A stretch of DNA of 64,000 nucleotides from Eukaryota sp. TZLM1-RC (Eukaryota; Protista; Metamonada: BaSk clade), in assembly GCA_040285825.1 (NCBI GenBank), contig JAUPSS010000001.1, positions 2,108,001 to 2,172,000 on the forward strand, written 5' to 3'. The position numbers and the translations under genes are program-made. Positions 36,700 to 49,789 of this stretch are shown in pieces; the first letter of the stretch is position 1, and every line of letters begins with the position of its first letter. The notes under the pieces were generated by a model, which was given only the letters and a program-made list of their open reading frames with translations, was not told where the DNA came from and searched no databases.

Positions 36700-37255
36700 C
36701 CACATCCTCAAAATCTGCATCCCCTACTTCAAAACAATTAATTGCTAAAGATTCAGAAAATTTCCCAAAAGAAGACAGTGAATCAGAAATTTATTTTACC
36801 ATTCTCTTAAAAACAGAAAAGTCAATCCTGTTTTGCCAGTAAACACGATTGAGAATTCTTCCAGTTTTTTCTTTAACAACTACAACAAAATCTTCAAGGA
36901 AAGCCATAGCAGCCTTACCTAGAGATCCGAGCAAAGAAGAAACAAAGTGATATAAATTGTATTGGGCATGAGAATTTCCATTAACTGAGGAAATGGGTTT
37001 CGCATATTTAGCAATTTTATATTTTTTCGCCAGCAAAAAGAGAATTATTGACATCTGAGTTAATGAACTGTTCGTTAGAAGTATTACAAAGGTCAATAGA
37101 CATGGCGCCTAAAATAGTACAACTACCGTTTAAGCCGGGAACAACCGGATCACCTCTTGTCAGACCCATATAAGCTCTGTTGTAGCGCGTACCACCAATA
37201 TTATAGGTCATCAAGAATTAATTTTGATAACAACGGCTCTAAAAAGGAATCTACT
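36700..37255 (-). mobile_element. Internally deleted RLE retroposon (5' leader joined to RLE 3' end)
   Basis: Leader shared with 8283-8325; TRGD, GEK..KY, SLLGSLG, YWQNRI. Confidence 0.65.
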
Positions 37256-37928
37256 TGATATGATTTGCACATTACATAAATTTGGTCCCTGACATTATTA
37301 TGCACTTTACTTCTAAAGGAGATGATATTTTTACAGTTCAAAAGATGAGTAAACAAAAGAGTCATGTTTCGTCATGTTTCGTTTTCCTTTTCCAGTTTTG
37401 AACAATTTTCGATTCATTTGTTTTTATTTCCACATATCTCCATCTGCATTTTTTAACTCAATTTTTATTTATTCTGATAAAATCTGCATTTTTGTTGAAA
37501 AATCTGACTGTTTCTACTTTCAGGTTGAAATTCACTACTGATGGCAAGTTTACAAGATGTATCTAGTAAATTAAATTTAGTTGATCTTAAATCAAAAATT
37601 TCAACAAAAGCTTGGTCAGAGTGAGTAAATTAAGATCATTAAATTTCATTAAAAGACTCCGGATATCCCTCAAACTTCACCCAAAGGTTTGGGAAAGATT
37701 CAGAAAAGGTCTATGTTTGACAAGTATCCGAAAATCTTCCAAGAGACAATAAAAACAAATAAATCGATTAAAACTAAATTCATCCATACAGTTTCCAAAT
37801 AATCAATAAGAAACGTAAATGCGCAAATGGCAAGCCAAAAACATTAACTCAACTGACAACTGAATGAAAAGTTAAATTGAAAAACAGAATCGTAAGTTGA
37901 CAAATCACCAATCAAAGAATGAAACACT

Positions 37929-38510
37929 TCACAAAATGACACACTGCTTCTTTGATTTCAGCATTTCCAAACGTTTTTTCTCAAATTCGTCCTCAGTATC
38001 AATTGCGGCAATAATAAACATTCTAAAGTCATCAAAATCAAGTTCTTGGTCATCTGCAATCTCAAAATCTAGAAAAATTTGTTTAACAGCCTTTTCAGAA
38101 TAACCAAAGAGAAAGCCGAGAGTTTCAAATTCTGTTCTTGATATAGAGCCATTTCCATCAGCATCAAGTAAGTCAAAACATGTTCTAGAGTGCCTAAACA
38201 GAAATTGCTTTTGTTCACCATTATACACGGCTATGAGAATACAAATCATTAGATAAAATTCGTCGAAATCAATACAACCATCACCATCAAGGTCAAAAGC
38301 GTCAAAAACTGCATCAATTTCGCGGTCTTTTAGGTTTGTTGATTCCTTTAAAAATGCGTAAACTTGGACGTCATCAAGACTACCAGTACCTCGAACATTG
38401 ATTGTGTCAAAATACTGCTGTACCATCTGAACAGCTCTAGCACTTAGAAGGTAGCTTCTTCTATCTAGATATAGTCGTTCTAAGAAAGGACAATATAGAC
38501 GTAGGGACAT
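37929..38510 (-). CDS. EFCAB9: EF-hand Ca2+-binding protein, EFCAB9-like, with CaaX end (CVIL)
   Basis: LYLD...LLS.R.V...YF, EF hands DLDGDGCIDFDEF and DADGNGSISRTEF, QFLFRHSR..FDLLD. Colinear with EFCAB9 as recalled. Confidence 0.8.
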   Translation of the reverse strand: MSLRLYCPFLERLYLDRRSYLLSARAVQMVQQYFDTINVRGTGSLDDVQVYAFLKESTNLKDREIDAVFDAFDLDGDGCIDFDEFYLMICILIAVYNGEQKQFLFRHSRTCFDLLDADGNGSISRTEFETLGFLFGYSEKAVKQIFLDFEIADDQELDFDDFRMFIIAAIDTEDEFEKKRLEMLKSKKQCVIL

Positions 38511-39693
38511 TTTGATTTGAGTTACAATTATGGAAAAAGGAAAAAAGAAAGTTGATTTCCTTCTTCCATGAACAGACGTTGGTGAATACATCGAGCGTTC
38601 TTGCTCATCATCACTAGGGAAGTTCCTCGGGACCGTCGGTAGAAAGTGCCACTGGTAAACAGTATCCTCCTAAGCTTGTTGCGGCTTGTCACGGAGAAGC
38701 TTCGGCTGAGTGTTGCTGCACGTTTAGGTTGGTTTTGTCCATGAACACAGTTATGTCTGTTACTGGTCTTCCAGTCACACAACGGGGGCTATTCTGGGAG
38801 AAGGATTTCCTCTTTATTTTAACAACTGTTTTGTCTCTCTTAAATGTGTATGCAAATATGTCAACATCCACAGTGATGCTTGATAGGTCTATCACAATCG
38901 TTTTATCCTCAACCGTTTCATCTCAATGAATACTCTTTATGCTATGATTTTGTGATTTGCAATCTGTGACTTCTCCTAGTTTTTGCTTAATCAATAGTGA
39001 TGTTGAACTATCTCTATGGGGAACAAATACGCTATTCCTCCCTTATTCAGGTGGAGAAGGTATAACACAAGTCAGTGTTCGCCATTAACACTTGTTCCAA
39101 AGGTGTGTTCTCATCACAATTAATTTTTTTATTCTTCCTTAATTTTTTCTTTATTTCTTTTTGTCTTTACCAATATAAATCTGACCCCTCATGCAAAATC
39201 TTGACACTACATTCAACAAATTCTGATAGTGGAAAAAAGGAGAATGTTACTAGTCGTCTTGCAACAAATTGATTACTGAATGTACCTTTTAGACCCTTGT
39301 TATTACGAAAATCATCAGTTTTGTTATAGTAAATGTTTTGTTGCAAATATTTCTTTGCAAATAGGGATACAAACACAAAATGTTGCTCAACTATGAGTTG
39401 GATAACTATCTAATGGAACATTGGAACACGTCTTCAACGAGGAATGTGTGATGATCACATGTAATTATTAATCTGAACACTGGAAAAAAGTCAAAACTTT
39501 AAACAGCCTATTCAGTGTAGATTAATGAGGAGAAATCACAATGGCTCATTCATCACCTACAGCTTTAACTGGTTACACATTATTAAAACAACTTTGAATC
39601 AGTAAAATAAATGTTATATGGGAAAAAATTATGCTAATAAAACTAGAATCTTGTACACTGAAAACTTTATTCAAGTCCCAAACTGAAAAATGA

Positions 39694-41276
39694 TTACAAT
39701 TCATCATATTCTTCATCATCTCCTTCTTCTCCTTCTTCTCCTTCTTCAGATTTGGGTTCTTCAATGTTAATAGTAGGTAATTCAGTTTTGGCATTTTCCT
39801 TCAAAAATTCCAACAAACCAGTAAGAGATCGATCTCCTTCAAATTCAATAGGGGCTTCTTCCTTAGATAAATTGGCGGGATAGAGAGCAACAGTAGGGTA
39901 TCCCGAGAGTTCAATATTGGCATTTTCAGGGACATCGTTAGCATCAGCATTATACAAAACAACTTTAACTTGGGAGAGTGAGACGGCTAATTTTTCAGCC
40001 AAGTCTTCAATAATTGGTTGGAAAGCCTTACAGTGACCACAATCTAAAGTGAAAACTAGGAAAACAACATACAAGGAGCATGATACATAACTAAGACATC
40101 AAAGCCTTGTTCAACAGCCCACCAGACTTCGGTATCAAATGTAGAGCGAACAACAGTACGGGCAATGTCCTGATCTTCGTCCTTGGGGGGTTCTTCCGAT
40201 CTAATGTATTTGGGAGCCTTTTCATTAACAACATCTTCAATAAATTGAGGGATATCTTCAATATTGACCTCCTTCATGTTGTAATGAGCATTTCTATCAA
40301 TCATTACGACAGAGAAAGAAGGAATTTGATCATTTCCAAGTCGTTCCATGAACTGTCCAAACATAACACCGTCAATTGTAGTCAATTGACCATCAGGGAA
40401 AGCCTCCTTTACCTTTTTGGCAATCTTGGTGTATTGTTGGAGAAGTTCGGAGCTGTCATTGGGATCAATGAAAAGGATACCAATGGGACCAGCATCAGGG
40501 TGGAACACGTCTTTAAAGGTGGAACGATTGAGTTCGGCCACTAAAGGTTTACGATGATATTCAATAAACTCAGCAATCTGAGTCATATTGGTTAGGTCAC
40601 CTTCAAAATCAATAACTTCACCAGTTTCAGACTTGTGGAGTTCAAGGCTTGGTTTATCTTCAGGGTTCATTCTGGCAATGCGCACCTTGTCAATGAAAAA
40701 AGCAGCGACTTCATTGACGGCTTCGAATTCGTCAGTGTCTTTATCTACGAAAGCAACTGCTGAAACCTTGTTGCTTTCAACAAACTTGTTGAGTTGTTCT
40801 TCTGACTCAACGTCAAAGACTAAAGGAAGGGTCATTTTGAGACAATATTCAACAATGTCAGAAGCCTTGCGGGCACCTTCGTATTCAGTCCAATGCATGG
40901 CATTACGGTATAGATGAATTGTGGGGAATCCCTGGATACCAGCTTCCTGGCAGAGTTCTGAATGGTCATCACAGTTGATTTCTGCCACAACAAACTTGTT
41001 TTCTTCCTTGATAGAATTTTTGAGGGTAGTTGCTGCTTCCTCGTATTCGCTGAGGTGAGATCAAGAGTGGGAACGAACGGTGCAAGAGATTTACAATGAC
41101 CACACTGGAGTTAGAGCTAACAAAGACAACAATACCCAAGGTGCGTAGTACTTGACTAAAACAAGTTGGTTTGTGGTGAGTACTGATTCGATGTTATCGG
41201 GAGTAAGCTCGACAACATTGGAAGAATCGGCGAGTGAGAACGCCACAAAGAATAACACAAAGATGAGGTACTTCAT
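39694..41276 (-). CDS. PDI: Protein disulfide isomerase
   Basis: Signal peptide, WCGHC and YCGHC active sites after splicing introns 41105-41135, 41050-41078 and 40044-40072; acidic tail ending YDEL. Confidence 0.93.
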
Positions 41277-41367
41277 TAAAAAGTGATCAAGTGAATTGTG
41301 TATACAAAAGCAAAGTTCAATTTGAGTTATCTTGTCAATTGACAATCGACAAATTTGACCCAAATCA

Positions 41368-41890
41368 TTTATTGAACTTGCACACTTAATTAGATTAACT
41401 CATAACTAATGGGACGAATATCATTGAACCAAGATTTCCTCTACAAAATCATGATCTGCTTGCTGTCTAGCTAAAGCTCTTCCTTGACCAAAATGAAATT
41501 CACTGAATAGCTGAAATATGTTCAAAACTCAAATAACATCTTTTTCATTGAACCGATCCTCACAATTGTTGTAATGATAGAATTATTTCACCATTCAGAC
41601 CTGTAATGTTGCAAGTGACACTGTGGTTCAAAAAGGAATACTTAATCCTGTAACAGCTCTTGAATATAAAGCGAATGAAAAATATAGAAAATAAGACAAA
41701 GATATCGAAGAAGCTGATGTTGATAGAAACAGACCACTAGTTTTTATTGCTTACCCATTTTCTATAAACGGAAGACTATCAGTAGAAGCAGGAAGTTTTT
41801 TGAATGAAAACCAAAAATTGGTTCAAGAAAAAACAATGGAGATTTGCTATCTTTTTGTGGCGGTCGATAATTCAATTTGCTACAATTAAT
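41368..41890. mobile_element. Two family A RLE retroposon fragments (minus 3' tail 41368-41480; plus fragment 41585-41890)
   Basis: Sequence similarity to 18395-18780 and 31460-31890. Confidence 0.75.
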
Positions 41891-42205
41891 AGTTAATTCC
41901 ATTATTATTATTATTAATTCCATCAGTTCTGATTTAATTTTATGAAATGTTGTAGTTCATCATAAACTAATAAATTTGACTTAGAATGCATTTGACTTGC
42001 ATTTCACCACTCCCAGAAGATTTTCTGGTTTACAAGATAACTTGTTTGCCCTAAAGCGTATTGCTGTCTTGGATTAAGTCTTCATTGTAACGTTCATTCT
42101 GTTAGGTCAATAATGAATACCAATTATGACCCATTAGCATGTAGTTTTGTGTACTTGAGAATAAACATCTTCTCACCCTCGTTTTATGCGTAGAAGCAAC
42201 AATAT

Positions 42206-42467
42206 TTATTTAGAAAATTCACCAATAATTTTTTCACTATCAGCTAACCAAATCCCTTCCTCAGTTTGCATAACAGGCACAGTCCAGATTCCTTGAATAA
42301 GAACATTTAATAAACATACCAGTGTTATCGTGCAAACGAATGCGTGAGGGATCGCTTCGATCATTTGGGACATTGACTGTTTCAAAAGGGACACCTCGTT
42401 GTTGTAAGAACTCACGAACCTTCACACAGTAGGGACAATTCTCAAATTGGAACAACTTGTGTGCCAT
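42206..42467 (-). CDS. Glutaredoxin / GST-N-like thioredoxin-fold protein
   Basis: CPYC, TVP and DS..I motifs; 28-nt intron 42292-42319. Confidence 0.85.
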
Positions 42468-42533
42468 TGATAGTGAATTAATGAAAATCAAAACAAAGAT
42501 TTCTTTTGCAAGTTCTGAGAATTTCAAGTTCAA

Positions 42534-43039
42534 ATGTACAGGTTTTCTTTAGCACATCTCTTTGATCAACAACCTGTCACATCAGATAAAGTTCGTATAA
42601 CCATTGTACATATTCACCAAAGGAGCAACATCTTGAAGATATTGTAATCGAATCTGCTACTGCTTCACTGTACAAAGATCTCAACAAACGTGTTCTCTTG
42701 ACATTGACTGACAATCGCTTAATAATAGGCACACTTTCTACCATTGATCCTTTCCTCAACTGTGTTTTAGTTGATGCATTCGAACGAATAATAATAGAAA
42801 ATGTGTATGCCGATGTACATATCGGATTTGGTCTATTCAGAGGCACAGACATTGCTTCCATAGGTTCATTAGTATGTGACATTGTCCACTAACCTTAGGA
42901 AACCGAGGAAGTGCCAGAAGCTTTGGAAGAAGTAGAGGAATCAGTAGTACGTGGTCTATTTGCTGAAAAACGAAAAAGAGATAAGCAAATTGGTCGTCTA
43001 ATCAAAGCCGCCTTTATTGATGATGATTTTTTGATATAA
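42534..43039 (+). CDS. LSM1: LSm1-like Sm-fold protein
   Basis: Introns 42591-42622 and 42872-42898; ASL..DLNKRV...L.D.R.IIG.L..ID.F.N.VL...ERI...Y.D...G...RG motifs. Confidence 0.8.
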
Positions 43040-43752
43040 ATTTTCTATTAAAAGTGTATTTGTTGTTAAGACAAAATATTAATGTATTGTGCAACAATTT
43101 TTTACCATGAAAGATTTTTTTTAATTTTTCTTGATAATAAAGAAATAGGTTTTCCAATGATAATTCGAGTAAAATGAACATTACAAGTTTAAACAATTAA
43201 AACAATTGGTAGACAGAGTTACAGAAAAAATCTTTTAAAATATATCTTTTATTCCAAAAATAGTGGTCTAGGTGGTCTGAGCAGTTGTTATTGATTATAA
43301 ATCAATATGTGAGAAAAGGTAATTCTAGTTTTCCAAAATTTCCTTTAGCAATTGGTTATAGATAAATGTTTACTGAATTTTTGATTGAAATTGATCAAAT
43401 AGATTCAACAGATTCGTATCAACTTAATAACTTAAACTGCGAATCAGTAACTATTCTCATAGTTGTGGTTGCTTCTACAATTGTTTTGTCGAATCAATTT
43501 AGATGAAAAGACATTTAAAAGTTGTTATGGATAAAATACTCACACATTAAGAGATTACGAAATAATGTTTTTCCAGCACGGAATTTCAATCAACTTTATA
43601 CTTCTACAGTCATGAAAAAGAAAATAATTTTAAAAATCCAAGAAAATTAGGAGGATATCCAAATAAGAGAAGCAGAGGTGCAACTTGGCTAATACACTAC
43701 AAAAATAAAAAAAATTAAATTAAATCCCATAAACTAAAAAGAAGAATTAATA

Positions 43753-45117
43753 TCAAGATAACTCATAAATGACTAAAACTACATCATTAAACAAAATTTC
43801 ATTAAACTCTATATCAGAAATTTCACTATCATTTGCAACACTCAATTTACCATCAAAATCAACTCTAATAGTGATTAAATGACCGAAATTAATAGAATCT
43901 CCTTTGTGAAGAATTAAAGATTTTAGAGAGTAATTACGATTTGATAAGGTAAAACTTCGAGGAATGTTGACAATGTTGGTTAATTTTTCACATTTTGAAT
44001 TAAACTTTTTCAAATGAATTATCCAAATATTGGGAAATTCAATTATTTTTGATTGGATAAATTGATTTGAATCACTCACAAAAATCTCTTTTTGGAAATC
44101 ATTAATCGCATCAATCAATTCCGATTGATTGACCTCCAAGGAAATCGAGAAGAAAGGTTCAATAATTGTCGATTTTGGTTTCTTATTACTATCATAAACT
44201 TTACTTTCGATTTTTCCTCCAAATAATTGAGAAATTACAGAATTGGAAGAACGAATATTCCTGAAATTTTTAGATTCCACTGTAGACCACGTGTCGTCGA
44301 CATTAAAAGGGATCATTTCTTCGTGGAGTTTATGAAGAAGAGCATTGCAGAATTCGTGACAGTCTTGTTGTTTCCTATTTTGATCATTAATTATGAGCTT
44401 TGTAAACGTCATCAGGTCGATGACGTCAGCATTTTGACCTAGTCGTGGATAGTCAACATGTTTTAAGAGACCTTGTTTCTGTTCAGCAAAAAGATAGCAA
44501 AAAACTAGCAAAAACTGTCTAACTGTGGGGGTCAAAATTGGCAAAAAGTCAATCAAAGTCACACAAAGGTTCAAAACTCTTTTTGAGCTGAACAAAGCTT
44601 GAAAAACTGAATTTAAGTAACAATGGTATTGGCTGAAATTTGGAAGGCCTGTTTTTGTTATTCCTAAATCTAAATGGATATTTAGTGGAGAAAACCTTGA
44701 TAAAGCATCAATTAAGTCTTGCCTACTTGGTGGAGCTGGTGTTTTGACAGATACTTCACTAGTGAGTTTAGGGTTAGGGTTAGGGAGCTTGGAAGATAAC
44801 AGTTCTGCCCATGATTTAGGGGTTTGTTTCTTATCTAGCTGTTTATCTGTTGAAGATTCTTTGTTTTCCTTCTGTTCAGGAGTAGTAGATTTACCAACAA
44901 TAGGTTTTTCATATTCTGGTGGTAGTTTTGTTGATGAAGTAGAAGAAGATTGTGATACATTCAGTGGTTTAGGTTTACGGTGAACTCTAGTAGTGTGAAC
45001 AGTTGGTTTTGAGGGTGTAGGACGCCTCCTACCCCTTCTGGCGCCCCTTTGGTGAGGTTTACCACGTTGAGAAGATGTGGTATTGCGAGGTTTAACAGTG
45101 ACAAAGCCGTCGCTCAT
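43753..45117 (-). CDS. Ubiquitin-specific protease (USP10/Ubp3-like)
   Basis: Cys box GLPN...CYLNS, QQDCHEF, His box HKG...GH, ND; PKSWAEL motif. Confidence 0.85.
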   Translation of the reverse strand: MSDGFVTVKPRNTTSSQRGKPHQRGARRGRRRPTPSKPTVHTTRVHRKPKPLNVSQSSSTSSTKLPPEYEKPIVGKSTTPEQKENKESSTDKQLDKKQTPKSWAELLSSKLPNPNPKLTSEVSVKTPAPPSRQDLIDALSRFSPLNIHLDLGITKTGLPNFSQYHCYLNSVFQALFSSKRVLNLCVTLIDFLPILTPTVRQFLLVFCYLFAEQKQGLLKHVDYPRLGQNADVIDLMTFTKLIINDQNRKQQDCHEFCNALLHKLHEEMIPFNVDDTWSTVESKNFRNIRSSNSVISQLFGGKIESKVYDSNKKPKSTIIEPFFSISLEVNQSELIDAINDFQKEIFVSDSNQFIQSKIIEFPNIWIIHLKKFNSKCEKLTNIVNIPRSFTLSNRNYSLKSLILHKGDSINFGHLITIRVDFDGKLSVANDSEISDIEFNEILFNDVVLVIYELS

Positions 45118-45685
45118 GAACTAGTGAATCAGCTGGTATAGAAGGAAAAAAAGATGAATGTTAATTATAAATCTAGTGTATATTAGTTTTTACTGAACAA
45201 CAAAACAGAGTCAAGCAGAGCAAAGGGTGTTTTTTGGCAGTTTAAAAGGTTGATGGTTTAAACTAATATATACAAATACTAAATATATAAAATATAAATA
45301 TATATATAAATATATAAAATTCGTTTTAGTAATAATAAAACTATTTTTGCTATTAACAATCAATGTAAAATGGCGAGCTTGCAACACTTTTAAGCCACCG
45401 CCCACAGTGTGTTTCTATCATTCTTCTTCATCAAATAACCATATACGAAATTTTCTAGCATAAAAGATGTGGTACGAGTATTTGGTTTTCATTTCAAACT
45501 TTGGAATCTCTAATTATTGGTATTTAGATTGTGAGCATTCGACACATTGATAGGTCAGCCGAACGAACCATCCGTGAGTCTCAAAAAATTCAATCTAGTT
45601 TAGTTTGGTTGATCTAGTAGGGTAAGTCCAACATTGTACACAATCCGAGTTCCAATTACTTATTTGTTCATCATCTTTTCAATCA

Positions 45686-47563
45686 ATGACCTTCTTGAAG
45701 CTCAATAGAATCATTGGATCAACCGCTTCATTGCACAAGTGTGCATCTTTTCATGGAGAAGATACCATTATCTATCCTGTGTCTGCTACTCTTGTTATCT
45801 CCAACAAAACATCTGGGCAACAGAGATTCCACTTTCATACTTATCCCATCAATCTCATCGAAACATCTCCCTCATACATAGCATCGGCCTCCACTTCACC
45901 ATCATACCCCCGTGATCCCTCTGCCGAACTCTACATTTGCAACATTGATGGTTCTGGTGCTGTCAAAATAGCCGATACAGGTAAAGGTCTGTCATCGATG
46001 TGCTTCTCTCCTGATGAACGTCTTCTATGTTGCACTTTCCTAGATGGAACTTTTCAAGTCTACGATCTCTCTAACAACGAGACTGCTTCCTCCATCAAAC
46101 AACCATCCGATTCTCCTCCTCCCTTCACAATCTTCTCTCCTCAGCATTCTTCTTCTTCTTACATCATTTTCACAGCATATGGACAGTCCCTCTACAAGAT
46201 CCATCTTTATTTTGATCGTCCATCTTTTTCTTACAGACTAGCCTTGAATCCCATATCTATACCTTCCCTAAAAAGAAACTTTGCGAGTGTTACCATAAAT
46301 AGTAACAATCTTTTCGCGACCACGACAGCTGGCGAGGTATTAATCCTTAATATTGAAACTTGTTCAGTGGTTTCGGTGCTTTCAGTTGGAAAATCCCTTG
46401 TTGGTATTTGCAAGGGTAATTCCAAATATTTTGCATTTGCAATAACTAATAATGGCAAAGTTTTTGGAATTCAAGCAGTCGGTCAAAAATATGATCTCAT
46501 GGAGGTCAATTCTGATCTACCTGCAAGCGTGTTGGTCAAGTCTGGTCAAGGTCAAAAGTCTGGTGATGACGTGACATTTTTGACCGTCTCTGCTGACAAT
46601 TGTATCTATTTATGTAAGGTTAATCAATCAGGAACTAAATCAAGCCTGCTAGAACAATCACATACATCACCAATTAAATCAATAGTTTCTAACCCCCTCA
46701 ACCTGGATCACGTCATCACTGCTGACTCAGCAGGACGTGTCAATCTTTGGTCACTTTCATCATTTAAAATTATTTCCTTTGTTAACCTCGATGGGCAGTG
46801 CTCTTCCCTTGAGTTTTCCAAGTTTAGCAAAGTTGTGTATGTCGGAACCGACAGAGGTGTCGTTTACTGTCTGGAATATCCTTCACTAAGGGTTCTATGG
46901 CAGAGACAAGCACATAGAGGATCAGTCACTAGTATTAGTGCTCCAAGTGAAGGAAATTTTGTAGCATCAGCTGGTGAAGATTGTACAATTAAAATTTTTG
47001 GAAAGAGCTCATCTAAGTTAGTTGACCAATTAGAATCACACACTGCAGCTGTCAGAGCCTTAAAGTTTGACAGTGATCATCAATTCAAGCTACATTCTGC
47101 TGGTGACGATAGAACCATTGTCACCTCAGATGTTACAACCTCTAATCGATTAGTTTCACACTTCCTCGGAGATGCAAGATTCATGGCATTGGATCAATTA
47201 GACTTGGAAGAATTCGAGTTGGTTACTATTGATACGAGCAAAAGACTGAATTTGTTTGATGTCGATATTGGTCCTTCCATGGGACTACTCAACACCCAAC
47301 ATACATCTACCCCTGTCTCTCTTCATTGTGGAAAGGACAGAACTGTTGTTGTTGGATATGCTGATGGTACGTTGGAGGTTATTAAAGTTGAATACATTGA
47401 TACTTCAAATGTTGGTTTAAAGGGTTCTCCACAGGCTAAGAGGGGTCAAGTCGTGGAAAGCTCGTTGACAGGTCACGTGGGTGCTGTTAATGGGGTCGTT
47501 ATGATTGGAAATTTGATTGTTAGTGTTGGTGAGGATTGTGGAATTTTTGTATGGGAAGTTTAA
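45686..47563 (+). CDS. WD40 double-propeller protein, CFAP52/WDR16-like
   Basis: 625 aa; N-terminal L.L..IIG, multiple GH/AH...W repeats, C-terminal GH...IVSVG.D..I..W. Confidence 0.7.
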   Translation: MTFLKLNRIIGSTASLHKCASFHGEDTIIYPVSATLVISNKTSGQQRFHFHTYPINLIETSPSYIASASTSPSYPRDPSAELYICNIDGSGAVKIADTGKGLSSMCFSPDERLLCCTFLDGTFQVYDLSNNETASSIKQPSDSPPPFTIFSPQHSSSSYIIFTAYGQSLYKIHLYFDRPSFSYRLALNPISIPSLKRNFASVTINSNNLFATTTAGEVLILNIETCSVVSVLSVGKSLVGICKGNSKYFAFAITNNGKVFGIQAVGQKYDLMEVNSDLPASVLVKSGQGQKSGDDVTFLTVSADNCIYLCKVNQSGTKSSLLEQSHTSPIKSIVSNPLNLDHVITADSAGRVNLWSLSSFKIISFVNLDGQCSSLEFSKFSKVVYVGTDRGVVYCLEYPSLRVLWQRQAHRGSVTSISAPSEGNFVASAGEDCTIKIFGKSSSKLVDQLESHTAAVRALKFDSDHQFKLHSAGDDRTIVTSDVTTSNRLVSHFLGDARFMALDQLDLEEFELVTIDTSKRLNLFDVDIGPSMGLLNTQHTSTPVSLHCGKDRTVVVGYADGTLEVIKVEYIDTSNVGLKGSPQAKRGQVVESSLTGHVGAVNGVVMIGNLIVSVGEDCGIFVWEV

Positions 47564-47929
47564 TTTGTTTATCTTAATAAATTGTATTTTTTGTAAATCT
47601 TAATTTTATTTCCAGTACACAATGTTATCGTTGTTGTAATTGGGAGGTGGAGAACCGATTATGTTTCAAAAATTTACTTATTCCAAATTAAATTCAACAC
47701 CCTGAAATTATATCTTGGTACACAATGAGCACTACCAACAGCAGGTGGAAACTTTAACCAACGTTTTGGAAATCATTTTAAGTTTTCTACTAAATTCTGA
47801 TTGTGCTTCTCATGTTGGTATTCAAGATTACTGACTCAACATTTGATTTTAAAGACAATAAAATTAAGTTGACAATTTCTGGTCTTGAGTTTGAAATTCT
47901 TTAAAATATTGAAATGGATTTGAAAATTG

Positions 47930-48275
47930 TAGGGTGATCTCAGCATCCGTGAATGCTGAATCTCACACTCATTGTGTTCTTTCTTCATATACTTTTTCCT
48001 TACATGGTATGCCTGAACCACTGGTTTTATCTTTTTTGGATGATTTTATTGAAATTGTCAAACAACGTATAGGAAGAATCGTTGACAAAATGTTTTGGCA
48101 GAACAGAATTGTACTTTCAATTTATAACGGTGTTGTGCCGCTATTGTCTTCTGCTTCATTATCTTTTGGGCGCTTTTATGAAAGAAAAACTTCCACTCAA
48201 TTTCTGTTGGCTGATTTGCGATATTTAGATTTAGAATTATAAGTTTCTTGTTTAGTTTTTTGAATAGAATAAATT
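47930..48275 (+). mobile_element. RLE retroposon 3' fragment (family B-like)
   Basis: FSLHG...FLDDF...FWQNRIV, followed by AATAAA. Confidence 0.7.
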
Positions 48276-49789
48276 TGATTTTACAATACAATTTCTATAT
48301 TATTTACACATCTGGCTCCAGACGATAAGAAGAGATCAAAAAACATGATTCAGAGTATAGAAGTTCTATTTTCACTTAATTCTTTATCGACCAAGTAGAT
48401 TTCCTGTCACAGTCTTTCATTTTACTGGTCCTCCAGATCAAATTTGCAAATGTTACTTAACTTCGATTGTCAGAAATAGAACCTGGGTCACAACGGAGAG
48501 TTCAAAAATATTGCAGACCCACAAAATATGGTGACTGAAAAATTGGCGAATTGTCAAAGGCCTCCGAAGATTCGCCACTTTGTTTCGCCGATTATATTTT
48601 TCTAAAAGAAAATAAAAAAAATAAAAAAATCAGATTTTTTTGAAAATCAATACTATAAAATTGAACGATAAAGCAGTAGACATTCGTAAAAGTTAGTAGT
48701 TGAATTAATTGAACAAGAATTAAATGGGCGCTGTCGAATAACTACTTCTAATCAATTGAGAGTGAGTCTCTCAATATGATTAAAACTATAGCAGCAACAC
48801 TATACAGTAGTTACCGAGTGTGGGAAAAGGTAGTCGCAAATTTGTAATTGGTTATGAAAACAGCAACACAACAACTGATATATTCATTTAAAACAATTTC
48901 TAATTGAATAATTTAAGTCACAACATCATATTATTGGTACAAATACTGTGGCGGAATACTGTATACGTCTCACAAGATTGTACATGTACAAAAGAGATTA
49001 TAAATTGCATTTCATATTCTGGGTTCAATTTCTATTGTAAACTTGTTTCTGGAAAAAATGCACCCATTAAATATGGCAACTGATTAAATTGGCGAGTTCA
49101 ATGGTGTTGTAAAATTCACCATATTTTGTTCCATAATTTTTCGGAATACAGTAACTGTATACCACGATTACCGACACAATGGAGCAAATTGTCTCACTGA
49201 TAAATTATTTGGTGCATTTTCACTTCTGGGTCAGGTCAATACATTTTGAACATTGATTTTCTCATCAAATACAAGGTAGTGAACGTCTATTTTGGTAAAA
49301 TCTTATTGTATTCCAGCCAACACCATTTGAAAATGACAAATCAAAAGTTTTTTCAGTTCTGAACCTCATTTCAATATACAAAAGACTACTAGTCTTCAAC
49401 ACCTCTACCCACCAGAATATAAAACTGTAGGCTGATTGAAGAAGTTTAAGTTGAATTGTGTGATACGTGAATTCATTTGATTCATAAAGAAACACCAAGC
49501 TATCTATTTGTGAATATTGTGTTGCAATATTGAACTATTTTTCCAAATGAATTGAAATCTTAGATATTTGTCAACCTCTAATCTGATCAACATTTGCCGC
49601 AACAGAAAATGTTTAACTAAGTGTTAACAATAATTCGGATGGTAAAACTTTGAGGACGAAATGTAAAAGTACAACCACTGATGGAGATGCAAAGGAATAT
49701 TTTTTCCAATAATATATTGTTGAAAAGTGCATTTTGGATCGCATACTTTGTCTTTATACATTATAATATTGCACTTATGTAATCCCCAC

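Noticed and set aside
38530-38950. Fragmented minus-strand coding-like sequence
   Set aside because: Interrupted by stops, no recognisable family.
39444-39480. Box C/D-like motifs GTGATGA...CTGA
   Set aside because: Only ~30 nt apart and no recognisable rRNA guide.
44767-44785. (TTAGGG)3 telomere-like repeat
   Set aside because: Lies inside the USP ORF, encoding PNPNPK on the minus strand; too short for an interstitial telomere.
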